Below are positions 48,058 through 59,887 of a stretch of 64,000 nt of DNA, piece by piece. How positions within the stretch are numbered: the first letter of the stretch is position 1; every line of letters begins with the position of its first letter. This DNA comes from Rhizodiscina lignyota. Its lineage: Eukaryota. The notes beneath the pieces are model-generated. The model ran no database searches. It had not been told where the DNA came from and saw nothing but the letters and a program-made list of their open reading frames with translations. Location of the stretch: contig ML978136.1 in the NCBI GenBank assembly GCA_010015805.1, forward strand, positions 248,001-312,000. The letters are read 5' to 3'. The position numbers were made by a program, and so were the translations under genes.

Positions 48058-49542
48058 ATGGTCAACATCCTGGACCATGTTAGATGGTTCTATCGGGTAT
48101 TTGGCCTGGCCTCTCTCTACAACACCGGCCGAGATGCCTGGCTTATCATCATTGCCCGAACGTGTCGTATGCTGGCATTCGGCACGAACTCACTGGTCTT
48201 GGCTCTGTTCTTCTCCGCACTTGAATTCTCGGACTGGCAAATTGGCATGTTCATGACGCTGACGTTGCTTGGAGATGTCTTACTATCACTGTTTCTCACC
48301 CTGGTTGCTGATCGAGTTGGCCGACGCCGTGTTCTTTTCTGGGGCTCCGTTCTTATGGTGTTTGCCGGTGTAGTCTTTGCCATCTTTGAGAACTTCTGGA
48401 TCCTGCTTCTCGCGGCGGTGCTTGGTGTGATGAGCGCCACTGGGACAGATTTTGGTCCTTTCCGGGCGATTGAAGAATCTACCCTGTCTCATTTAACGAC
48501 GCCTGCAACACGATCAGATGTCCTATCCTGGTACGTGACGACATCGACTCTGGGCTCATCTATCGGCACAGAAGTCACAGGGCGTGTGGTCCACTATCTG
48601 GAGGACCTGGACGGGTGGACTATTCAGAAAGCATACCACACCGTCTTCTGGGTGTATTCTGGGATGGGAATCGTGAACATGATCATCTGCCTCTTATTGA
48701 GTTCGAAGTGCGAAGTTCCGAAAGAGGAGGAAGAACCAGAAACGGAAGAGAACGAAATGCTCATGATGAACGGACAGCATGAAGGGGATGAAGAGGAAGA
48801 TGAACAACTGCCACTGCCTGAAATGGCGAAACAACCTGAGGCACCAAAGAAGGCTGGCTTCTTCTCCAAATTCTCTCAAATATCAAAGGCTACCCGTTCA
48901 ATGATGTACAAGCTCTGGTTCCTCCTCATTGTTGACTCGCTTGCCGATGGTATGGCATCATATCCATTCACGAATTACTATATGGACGTCAAGTTCAAGC
49001 CGTCGAAGTCGACGCTTGGGGATGTCATGTCGGTTGCGTACTTCCTTTCTGCGCTTTCAACGATCTTCGCGGCACCATTGGCTCATTATTTGGGTCTTAT
49101 CAACACCATGGTCTTTACGCACTTGCCGTCGTCTACTGCAGTCTTACTTTTCCCTGCTCCGAGTAATTTCCCGCTCACAGTCGTTCTGCTTCTGATTCGT
49201 GCTGGCCTCAACAATATGGACCAGGCACCGAGATCAGCGTTCATTGCAGCGGTGGTCAAGCCGGAAGAGCGAACGGCTGCCATGGGTATCACAGCCATGC
49301 TTAGAACGCTGGCGTCAACAGCTGGGCCAACTCTTACGGGCCTGCTTGCCGAGAACAACAAATTCTGGATCGCTTTCGTAGTTGCAGGAGCATTGCGAAT
49401 AGCTTACGATCTTGGTCTGTTCGTGATGTTTGTCAATGTGAAGCTTTACGAGCATGAAGAGGAGAAAGGCCCAATGGAAGGGTCATCGACGGCGACGGAG
49501 TCACGACGCACGAGTGATGAAGAAGAAGCACCGAAGATATGA
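48058..49542 (+). CDS. MFS transporter of unknown substrate
   Basis: Intronless with about 12 hydrophobic segments, motif A ADRVGRRR, GPFRAIEES, NTMVFTHLPS and MDQAPRSAF. Confidence 0.88.
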   Translation: MVNILDHVRWFYRVFGLASLYNTGRDAWLIIIARTCRMLAFGTNSLVLALFFSALEFSDWQIGMFMTLTLLGDVLLSLFLTLVADRVGRRRVLFWGSVLMVFAGVVFAIFENFWILLLAAVLGVMSATGTDFGPFRAIEESTLSHLTTPATRSDVLSWYVTTSTLGSSIGTEVTGRVVHYLEDLDGWTIQKAYHTVFWVYSGMGIVNMIICLLLSSKCEVPKEEEEPETEENEMLMMNGQHEGDEEEDEQLPLPEMAKQPEAPKKAGFFSKFSQISKATRSMMYKLWFLLIVDSLADGMASYPFTNYYMDVKFKPSKSTLGDVMSVAYFLSALSTIFAAPLAHYLGLINTMVFTHLPSSTAVLLFPAPSNFPLTVVLLLIRAGLNNMDQAPRSAFIAAVVKPEERTAAMGITAMLRTLASTAGPTLTGLLAENNKFWIAFVVAGALRIAYDLGLFVMFVNVKLYEHEEEKGPMEGSSTATESRRTSDEEEAPKI

Positions 49543-50156
49543 CGAGCCAGTTGAAATTGTGAGGAAAGGAGGGGTTCGAGCCATTCCGGGACGCAATATC
49601 TTCGCTATCGAGGGATCCTTATGAGTTGAACATTTTGCATTTCATCCCTCAATACTAAATTCCGCCCTCGGTAGCATCTCAGGAATGGCAGGCGCTGTTG
49701 AGAAGTTCAATTATCGATCGAGAAGGCTGTGCCGGCTTCACCACCACCATCTAAAGCTCAGTCTCTATTGCAATATCGAAATTCAACTTCGTCATATCCA
49801 CCCATTTTGGGTTGGAATGAGCAAGGCTGTACTTTCGTATTCAGACCGCGCGGCTTTGCGCAAGACCCTGATGTTGGATTCTTTGCAGCTCTGATTTGGA
49901 GCGGGCGGAGAGTAAGAAAGCTTTAAAGCGATGAAACGAGCCTCTTCGAATTTTGGTATCAGCGCACTATTGAAGGTTGAAGTGCAACAAGGCTATGTTA
50001 CATGCTAGGGATTACAGGCATGTTAACATAAGTTGAGGTTGAAGGCGATTTGAAGGTATTCACTGATGAGACGCGCTCCTATTCAAATACCGGAGCGGGC
50101 ACAAGACTGGATTCCACCTGTCACGGTCTCTGGAAATGAGTTTAATAGCAATATCA

Positions 50157-51261
50157 TTACAATTTAGCTTCATTGCTCGAGAGATACTCCCTCGACAAAG
50201 CAAACTTATGTAGAGGATATTCTTTGATTCCAACATGACATCTGAAGATATCACCCTGCATGTCGGACGACGCTGCAGTTTTGTCTGTCGCGCATGCAAT
50301 GAAGAGTTCCTCTCCAACAAACGCAGCGTCCGTGATGCTCTTGACCGGAAGAGCAATCTCAGCAACAACCTGGCCCTGAGGCGAAAGACGAACAACCTTC
50401 GCTGCACCGTAAATTGCAACCCATAAGTGGCCTTCCTCATCCATCGCGTGGCCGTCTGGCACGCCAGTCTCTGTTTGGAAGAACGCACGCTCATTGGAGA
50501 TGTTCCCGGTCGCTGCTTCAAAGTCGTACGCAAAGATTGTCTGCTTAGTGGAATCAGTGTAGTACATCGTTTTGTCATCCGGGCTCCAGCTAATCCCATT
50601 TGGAATACCCATCCCGCCTTTGATGACTTCGTGCACAGTCAGGTCAGGATCACAGCGCCACAGGCTTCCTGGTCGTATATTAGCAAAAGTATTACCATCT
50701 GAGCGACAGCTCGAACAGGCGGAAATACCTTCGAATTTAGCGAAATCAATTGGATCCGCCATTGTCCCAGTCCAAAACCTCCCTCGGCTATCGACTGCTC
50801 CGTCGTTGCTCATGAGCCCTTGGCCTCTGGTTTCGTGCTCGTGAAAATACGCAATGTACTTGCTCTTCCCGGTTTTCTTGTCCATAAGTCCGAATCCCAA
50901 TTTGGCATTGACTGCCCACATCTTATCATCATGGACAAGGTCGACAGTTTTGCTTTCTCAAATCAGAATATCGTAAGCGGATTGCTCTTGGATAACTCAC
51001 TGCGGATTGATCGAGAGGTTCGGAATCACCTTGTGAGATGATGGCCCTTCCTCCAGATTGACCGTGTGAAGTGCATGTTTCAATATATCAATAAAGCTGA
51101 GAGTGTTTGTCGAGGGGTCATAATGTACGCTTTCTCCAATTGCGCAGCCGCATTTCAGGTAAGGCTAATAATATCAGTCAACATCGTGGAGGTGATGAGG
51201 AGGCGCAGCAGGGAAATGGATATCGTACCTCAGTCACAGTATATCGCTTAATTTGAGACAT
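50157..51261 (-). CDS. SMP-30/gluconolactonase/regucalcin-family protein with PTS1
   Basis: Exon 1 MSQIKRYTVTE splices to PYLKCGCAIGES. Also SNDGAVDSRGRFWTGTM, PNGISWSPD, YYTDS and VPDG...DEEGHLWVA. Ends ...NEAKL*. Confidence 0.9.
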
Positions 51262-51876
51262 TGTGCACGAATCTCCAGAGTTAGTGATTCTTTCCCCTAA
51301 GTAAATGCACGGCCCAAGTCTGAAAATGAATTTTTGAACTTAGCAAGAAGCGGGGCTGAGAGAACGGTTCGGTACGCCTGAGAGCGGGCGACCATCTCCG
51401 AGGTTTGATCTGCTCGACCTTCGGCACGGATTACGCAGCCATTAGGATCTAGTGTCTCCCTTGGATAGTGAGAGCGACCTGAATATGACTTCGACTTTCA
51501 TGATGGGTAAGTCTGGGGCTCGTACTAGAACTGGGCATGATGGATGAATGTGAGAGCCGTCTTACTCGCCATCGCGATCGTGTATTAGTAGCAACCAGCA
51601 AGCTTTATTGCGAACCAGACGTTCAGGACAACTTTTTGTTACGATGCATCTTCTTAACGAACTGAGCAGTCATGGCCTTGCGAGGCGCCAGGAAGGATTA
51701 AAGAGATCTTGTGGCGCACCGCCCCAGAAACCGGGTTATTGACGTCATGTGGCACCCGGGCTGAATGGGATTTTCTAAACATGGAATGGAGATTCTAATA
51801 AATCCCATCGACATAACGATGGATCGCTTTTTGAACCAAATCTCCATTACCCGTACTCTTACTGCTCGAATTGTTC

Positions 51877-53697
51877 ATGATGTGCGCAAAAACTGAAGAG
51901 GAGAAATTGTTTCTTCCTTGGGCTGACATTGAGCCTCACGTGGCACGATGGCATCGCGAAGGCATTGAGGTAGCTGCCTTGTAACTGTGCACTATAAAAT
52001 GGAAATTAAAGCTGACTGGGCTCTAGTATCTGAGCAAAATATGGCCATCTCTCAGTGAGCGCAAGGCCGCAAATGATACATGGGGCGATGAGGTGGAGTC
52101 ACAACTCGTACGATTCGACAAAGATTCTCATGAGGTCCATCTGGTGCTGGAGCAGAAAGAAGTCTTGTCGTGCATTGATTCAAATGCCCCAGAAGGAACA
52201 TTTGATCCAGAGTTTGCGCAATACATGGTTGAGACAAGCCCGAGAGAGCCATACATCAGCACAGTCTCATCATTGCTCGAAGTCCAGGGGAATCTCGAAG
52301 CTCGTCGTGCGAAGGTTAACCGACTGCTGCCCAAAAATGAAAAGCTCATGACGTTATCGGTGTTTCCGCTGCTCGGTATCGAGTCACCAATTGATACGCG
52401 CAACAACCAGCACGTGGATAGTTACGACAATGCGATAAGTGATGGACCGTATAGCTTTGCAAAGGATAATATCGAAGCGAGAGCGAAACGAGGGACAAGT
52501 ATAGAGGTCCCAGTGTACCAAGATGTGTGCACAACGCTGCCGAAAATGATGGAATTAAAGCATATTCTCTATGGTCCAGGTGCATGTGGGCTGCAAGCTA
52601 CGTTTCAGTGCAAAACATTGACAGAGGCGCGCTCCCTTCACGATCAGTTCATTGTTCTGGGGCCCATCTTTCTGGCACTAACGGCGGCAACCCCAATCTA
52701 CCAAGGTGTACTTGTCGACACCGATGCACGGTGGAACCAGACAGCTGCAGCTGTCGACGATCGCCCGGAGCACGAGTTTGGACGCCTCTACCCACGATGG
52801 TCGACAGCTCCAATGTACCTCAGTAAACAGCGGGACATTGGCGACAGTGGTCTCAACTCGGACTTGATCAATGTGCTTCGACAGGATACCAACTTCCTTG
52901 AAAGTCACGGGATGGATTCTGCGATGGCACAGTACTTCGCATATCTTCACTTGCACGATCCACTGTATCTAAATGCAACGAGAGGCCGTCACGAGCATGT
53001 AACGCCAGAAGATGTCCATAGAAGTATATGTGAATCAGTATGGTCACATGTGCGGTTGAAGGTACCGGAGCCCAACGCAGCCGATCAAGGCTGGAGAGTC
53101 GAGTTTCGGCCGATGGAAGTTCAGTTCACCGACTTTGACAATGCCGCATTCCTTATCTTCCTCGATCTTGTGCGGCAAGTGTTGGCATGGATGGGACCGA
53201 AGCTGGACTTTTACATGCCACTCGAGCTGGTGCGGGAGAACATGGACCGCGCACACGCACGCGACGCCGTTGTCAAACAGAAATTTTGGTTCCCGGGGCA
53301 TGTAGTGCAGGACACTTCCAGCGGTGAAGGTGTGAAGCTGAACAACCATGGCCCTGACATACCAGAATGGACCGTTGACGAAATTATCAACGGGCGCACG
53401 AAAGGCGATGCTGCCTTCCCGGGATTGCTACCGTTGGTCGAGCGTTACCTGAAAGAGAAAATGGGACAAGATAGTGAGCAGCTGCATCCCTATCTGGATC
53501 TAATTCGTCGTCGAGCGAATGGCCAAGATGTAACCCCGGCACACTGGATGAGGAGTTTCGTGCACTGTCATCCGACGTACGAGAGAGACTCAAGAATCAG
53601 CCAGCGTGCATGCTACGACATGCTTCAAGAGGCAGAGAGGATGAGAATTCATGCTTCTAGCGGTTCAAACTCCTCGCCAGGAAGCATTGGGAATTGA
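51877..53697 (+). CDS. Glutamate-cysteine ligase (GCS/GSH1) family protein, divergent paralog
   Basis: Exon 1 is 51877-51969 and the intron is 51970-52026. Motifs WGDEVE, PEFAQYMVETSP, LQATFQ, LALTAATPIYQG, DARWN...AVDDR, GWRVEFRPMEVQFTDFDNAA and TPAHWMRSFV. Confidence 0.88.
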
Positions 53698-53917
53698 AGA
53701 TGAATGATTAAATGATACCCTCTTGCAAATCCATGGTTCGGGGACCAGCTCTCGACACCATCAAAATTCCCATAATGTAGAAGGACATAGAAGGACAGCG
53801 TCAAAGGTCCTGCGAACCAGCGTTAGAAAAGAATAAGAATAAGCAAACTAAGATTAGTCTAACGATACACGGAGAAAATGAAAGACTCTGAAATTAGCTC
53901 TCGCTGCTCAGTCTTCT

Positions 53918-54784
53918 CTATGCATCCTCATCGGCTGATTGGCCAGTCAATTCCCTCATCTTGGAAATGCTTTTGGGGAAGTAGTATTTGTCTATGCCGA
54001 ATCCTGAGAGATGCTCCTTTGTCTCCTCCAAATCTTTCAGTGCATTGGTTTTCCAGTCCACAACAACGTCCCGCCTGCGACGAGCGTTCTCCACCTTCTC
54101 GCGGAACGCTGCTCTCCTCCACTTCACTCGCTCATTGTACTCGCTTTTGTTCGGTCGGGACTTGTGCGCTATTGCGCGCTCCAGTGCTGCAAGTTCATCT
54201 GCCGCGGCCTGCTCATCCACGAAAGCTTGTTCGGCGGCAGCGTTCTCCTCGGTCGTACTGGTGGGATCACTATTGTCTGCGCCCTTTTCAGCCTCAATAC
54301 AAGCATCGATAGCCTGCAGCATTAATTCGTCCAGTTTAGAATAAGATCCTGCTGCACCGCAACCGCAAAACTTTGTCGTGTATGAAAGATCTTGTCCGCC
54401 ATAAGAGTTGTCGCCTAAATACATCAGGAGATTGAATGCGTATCGTCCACCATCGGGAGGCATGTTCAGCAGTGCTTTCGCGGTACTAGCGCGGTCGACC
54501 ATCGCGTCTGCAAAGCTATCGGATGTAACGGACCCGAAGTTTGGCTTGATCTTTTTCTCAAGAGATTTGTAGGCTTTTTCGATTGAGGTCACGGCACCGT
54601 TGTACAGCTTTTCGGGCGACTTTTTAGACGACGAACCACCTTTCTTCACTGTCTGAGCCGACGCTTTGCTCTTTTTCGTCTCCGCGCTGGATTTCTTCGC
54701 GCGTTTCGGCTGTGGGTTTACGTCGCGATTCTCCTTGTCTTCTGCATAATCGATATCATTGGCACGCTTGCGAAGGGTCCGCAT
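53918..54784 (-). CDS. Hypothetical protein (basic N-terminus, KEN box, helical C-terminus)
   Basis: Open frame from the ATG of MRTLRKR. It carries DKEN and PKRAKK (NLS-like). MCB (ACGCGT, 54934-54939) and SCB-like (TTTCGCG, 54980-54986) motifs lie upstream. Confidence 0.65.
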   Translation of the reverse strand: MRTLRKRANDIDYAEDKENRDVNPQPKRAKKSSAETKKSKASAQTVKKGGSSSKKSPEKLYNGAVTSIEKAYKSLEKKIKPNFGSVTSDSFADAMVDRASTAKALLNMPPDGGRYAFNLLMYLGDNSYGGQDLSYTTKFCGCGAAGSYSKLDELMLQAIDACIEAEKGADNSDPTSTTEENAAAEQAFVDEQAAADELAALERAIAHKSRPNKSEYNERVKWRRAAFREKVENARRRRDVVVDWKTNALKDLEETKEHLSGFGIDKYYFPKSISKMRELTGQSADEDA

Positions 54785-55252
54785 GATGGCTTGGTAATGG
54801 ATGGAATTGATGATAAAAATACTAGCAAACGCAAGGATGAAAGTGGAACAAGAAGAGGGATATCGTCGCAGAAATCGTCCTTGGGGAGCTTGCAGCTGCG
54901 CGTGAAAAAATTGGAACTGTGAGGGTGAGACAGACGCGTTTCGGTTCTGCTCACAGATGTGGCGCATCTAGCGTGACGTTTTCGCGAATCTGAGACTCCT
55001 TATTGCAAACTAGAATCTCGCACGTGTACATACCCTTCGTCCCAACTCTTGCACGAAAGACAATGATCTGGCTTTCTAATCGTATCCCGTCATTGGTATA
55101 GACATAATGCTTTTGTATTTCTTTTCTGCCCTATGTTAGACTGCCCATGCAAGATTGAATTATCGACAAGTTGGTCCGCTGTACTTGTCGAACCACCCAA
55201 GAATTCTTCTGCACTTCCAGCAAAGACGGTACGAAGGGAATGCGTTCAAACC

Positions 55253-55980
55253 TCATAGATGCTGGATGGTACCTTTTCCAACTTCGACGTGCTGCATCTC
55301 CGCTACGTCCACCGCTCGAAGGAAACGTGCCACGGCGTTGTACGAGGTAATTGTCATCGCTAGCAGCCCCAGTCAGCCTTTGCTTCCAGATGCTCGGTCT
55401 CATCGTAGCCCTCTGATCCCACGATCCAGGTTACTCACTTAGTTCCAAGCACTTCTTGTCATCGCCTTCAAATAAATCTTTCATCTCCGAAAAGATCTTG
55501 TCATCAACCTTTAAATCACTAACGGCATCGCAATACCGAAGTACAGTCCACTGTTCTTTGGTTAAACCCCTTCCTTCTCCGGCTTCTCCTCTGGCCGCTG
55601 TCCTCACTGTCTCAGCGCCCTCTTCGCTCACGCCTGCCTTAATCATCAAGGGGCAATGGTGTGCCCATTCATAGGCGGCACCGTTGATGGCACCGACACG
55701 GCACATGGAGAGCTCCCGATAGACAGTGGGAACCGCTGAATTGTATCGAACAGTCTAGCAAGAGTGTCAAAGTTATGGCGTGTTTCAACGCAAAGAGAAG
55801 ACGGATTACCTGCATGAAGCGATACCATGGTTCCGCAAACGTTGGAGATATGAGGAGCGTTTGGTACAAAGGACCAAGAGGAACTCCCTTTGTAGCACGC
55901 TGTGCAGTGATTTCTTTCACGAGCGGTTGAACATCCGGAGGATAATCCTCGGCATTTGGTGGTGTATATTCGAGACGCAT
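55253..55980 (-). CDS. Carboxymuconolactone decarboxylase / AhpD-like protein
   Basis: Three exons. LYQTLLISP, RELSMCRVGAINGAAYEWAHH and TITSYNAVARFL are typical of fungal CMD-family proteins. Confidence 0.82.
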
Positions 55981-56745
55981 GTTAGATGATCTAGTGGTAG
56001 TCGAACTTGACAAAGAGTATCTACGTTGTAATCAATCAAACCTTCAAAGGGGATGTGTGCAGGTATAAGGAGAAGAGAAGCTGAGCGGCTGAGAATTCGA
56101 ACGACAGAAGGTTCATCAAATTTGCCGAAGGGGTGCGGGGAAGTGGAGTGTTGTTTTCCAGGCTTTGGTCAGACATGATCAGAGCAGGATAACCCCTTTA
56201 AAGAAAATATGAAATCGGAGCAGAGAGCGTTTCGGAAGTGACGTCGGCATATTCACAGCGTGACAGTTGCTAAGGAAATCCAAGAGGTACATTCAGGCGG
56301 ATTTTTAAATTCCGCATCGCAGTACAAGTCATCTCATCACCCTCCGTGTGTTTAATTTGGATCCCCGAGAGGCTTCTTTTCCGCAACTTGTATATTCAAA
56401 CCATGGAAGATGCCTCAGCGATAGCAAGGCTTGTCCAAGCAATAGAATTGAGACCGCAAGAAGTCACCATTCTAGCCAATCGGATGTCTGGGATCGTTTT
56501 GCCGAATAGCTCGCATTGAGATCTTGGGCAAACTTGTCCACGTGCGGATGCCATGCGTGAAGCATAGACTTTTCACTTAATGTTTGCTAATGATTGCAAG
56601 CATTGCTAGGCCGAGGACATGCTGCAAGAGATGAGGCCTTTTCCTTTCCGCTATGAAGTATAGACGTCTATCAAACATACACGGCTCAACAGCTCGAGAT
56701 GCGCTATTCAAGCATTTATCTCAGTAAAATACGGTTGCTTGCTTC

Positions 56746-58443
56746 TCAAGCTGAAGGGTTGATTTGTCCCATGGCGACAGGTGCAAACTTGGACATTTTC
56801 CGTATTGTCAGTCCGTAGCGCATGAGCACAAATGGCACAGGAAGAGCCAGTGCAGCGATCCCTCCCAGGAGACTCATCGACCCAGTTATCCCAAGCCTGT
56901 TGATCATAGGTCTCACGACCAAAGGTAACCCTGCAGCAAAAACGCTGCGAAGAAGGGTGTTTGAAGACACAGCACTGGCTGCGTACAAGCGATACGTGTC
57001 GACGAGATACTATCCTTGTCAGCTGCATGCCGTCCTTACAACTGGCGTACCTACATTGAGACATTGTTGGAAGACTGTGGTGAACCCTCCACCGATAAGG
57101 CCCGCTGCCACAACCGAAACTGGCCAAGGGACATGCGGAGGTGCGGTGCCAGCAAATACAAAGAGACCAATGACGAAGCAGGTTCCTCCTATGGACATTG
57201 GAAGTAGTCTCGCCTCGGGGACTGGTTTTCCTCCCGCAGCATCGACAGCTCGCATATATCGTGGTTGATTTCCGAGGTTGACAATCAACGCGGAACAAAC
57301 CCCGGTTAGCATAGCCAAAAATGGCGTTGTGGACACAAGTGGGCCCCATCCTCGGCATTCCTCATAGACGATTGGGAATATTTGTAGTGTCATGTAAAGC
57401 ACCGTGAAAACAAAGGATGCGTAAGTCGCAATACAAGTGACGATTGGTTCGGTGAGCAACATCTTCAGGGGTCTCGCAAAGTGCTTCGTGATGATTGACT
57501 TGATGTCGACTTTAACGCTTTCGTGCGGATGCCAGTACGACTCGTTGCCGGTTTCCTTTCGAAGTCTTTGCGCCTTGCGCTTTAACAACACTGGCGCGTA
57601 AATTTCAGGCATACAGGCGAAAGTCAACGCGGAATCCGCAAAAGAGAGTATCCCAATAAGATATCTTGTCTCGGTTAGCAGGCTGCCGCTCTCCAATGCC
57701 ATGTAACATACCCAACCCATCTCCAACCAAGATGTTTGTTCTGAATAAGCGCACTTCCGATTGCTGCGATAGAGTGTGAGCGTCGAAGTTTAAATGGTGA
57801 AGTAGACCTTACTGGGAGCGAGTAGAGGCCCTCCGACGACGACCACACCGTAGAATGACATTGCAATACCTCTAAACTTGGGCCTGTATATATCACCAAG
57901 TGCAGCAGAAACGTTTGCTACCGGTCCAGCTCCAAAAAATCCGCTGAAGAAACGCGTCACTGCGATGCTCGCAAAATTCTTGCTCGTGGCTGTTCCGATG
58001 CTGAAAAGTCCGAGGCCGAACATTGCAGGAATGAGGCTCCATCTTCTCCCCCAGACCTCTGAAGCCGGACCCCAGACACACGGACCGAAGACAAAGCCGA
58101 GAACGTAGAGTGATACTGGAAGGACGGCAACGGTCGGTCCCACTCCTGTGTATTGCTCAATTTCCGGTTGCGCTGGTGCAGTTATGGCAGATGCTAACGA
58201 GGCAACAAAGGCCAAAACTGAAAGCTGAAATGCTAGCCATACTTTCTTGCCAGGGCCCCAAGTATATGGATCTTCAGGGTCGTTAGCGTCGAATTGTACC
58301 AAGTATGCATCGGTATTTCTGGTCTCAGTCCGAGATGCCACCTTTTCAGGTGCTGCCTTCTCAACATCTTGGACATTTGGCTGGAGAATGCCATTGTCCG
58401 AGTCAGAAGGATCCTCCGACGAAGGCTTCTCTTGCATCAACAT
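56746..58443 (-). CDS. MFS drug:H+ antiporter (DHA1 family)
   Basis: DPEDPYTW, GPASEVWGRR, RFFSGFFG, PEIYAPVLL, RPLKMLLTEP, PEARL and YAASAVSSNTLLRSVFAAGLPL. Two introns. Confidence 0.9.
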
Positions 58444-59151
58444 AATATTACAGACGAGATCATGGGGGAAAAGGAAAAGTCATACTGAAGCGACGCCAGA
58501 TTTAATTATGAAATGGAACATGAAAATCCGGCACTGTCGGCATGTTTCCTGGCGGAAGTCTTGCCGCGATCGGACGGCAAAACGAGCGATACTTGTCGGA
58601 AATGCTGGTTTGCCTCGATCTGATAGGCTAATCTCCACTGTATTCGCTCAATTTGGAAGCGTGCTGGACCCGACATCATTAAATCGATGAAAATGCTGAT
58701 GATTTCTGGAGTTGATTGATGCGGTGATTTGAATGGCTTGTCGTCACAATAGGTAGCTTTGGATCTAATCTAATCTCGGGCAGATTGGCTCTGTATCTCC
58801 CCGTTCGGAGCTCGGCCTCGGCCCTCTCAACGCCCGCGCTGATGGCCTCCCTGCCTCTCCCGCGGCCAGACCAGACAGAGTCTGTTCCAACCCGGAGGAC
58901 GTCAAATTTTCGAGCTTAGCTTGTTTTAGAGAACAATCGAAGCATACCTCTATCCAGCACCTGTGCCCTTTTAGGCTACGAGCGCGAGATACGAGGTCCA
59001 TTGCATTATTCAAATTTGCTCCCTCCTTTCAGAATGGGCAGTGCCATGATTGTTTCTCGAGAGTGAGCATGCGGCGGAACAATGCGATCGAACGCAAAAT
59101 TTCACCAGACCGAGGCCCGCGGTCATCGCAGCATCTACCTTTTTCGAACCA

Positions 59152-59180
59152 TGCGGTTGCGGCTGCGGCTGCGGCTGCGG
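59152..59180. repeat. (TGCGGC)5 hexamer repeat in the DHA1/O-methyltransferase divergent promoter
   Basis: tgcggt tgcggc tgcggc tgcggc tgcgg read directly. Confidence 0.75.
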
Positions 59181-59887
59181 AGTATGATTCCAGGGAGGGA
59201 AAGACGTAGCCTTGAAGCTGATACCTGCGTTCCGTATTTGAGCATCCAAGCCTCTCACCGAGCCGCTGCTTTGGGCCTTCTCTCCTGCATGCGGGGCGTT
59301 CTGAATGGCCAACAACCTCGACCACACCCCCCATGCTCAACATACGGACATAGATGTTTAGAACAGTCTCATGCATCTACAAGCCTTAAAAAAGAATTCA
59401 GGCAGCCAGCAGTTTGACATGAACTGCTGCCGTTATGGATACAGTTGGTTGGTGAGCAGACTGATGACACGATTGGTTCAATCGTGTGAGGGATCCGAGA
59501 GCTCGCTTGAAGTATAATCAATTGTCTAGCATTAAGACTAGCATCTTCCCTCTACAGATTTAATGTCACAGTGGATTTCACCCGCTCTCGGCCCCTTATC
59601 ATCGCACTCTGCCCTTTCTACAAAATTTAGAGTATAAAGTCCGAGAGATATGCCAGATCTGCTTGTCAGAGTTCAAGGGCGTTTCTCGACCAGTTCCTAA
59701 GTCTACGATCCGATTTCAAGCTCTGCACCTGTCAGAGACTCAGGGAACTTCTTCCTGCTGTGAACTGTTTTGGGGTCTTAAATTTCATATAATACTACCA
59801 TCACGTTAACTTTCTATTGCTAGTCAGAGGGCCAGAGAGGACACATATCAATCCCCCACCGAGCCAATACAGATAACGACTACCATC

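Noticed and set aside
55253..55264. C-terminal QHL of the CMD/AhpD protein as a PTS1
   Set aside because: Gln at position -3 is a weak fit, and there is no supporting upstream basic context.
58444..59887. Aro80-type CCG-N7-CCG binding array in the DHA1/OMT promoter
   Set aside because: CGG/CCG triplets are plentiful, but I did not find the 7-bp-spaced direct repeats.
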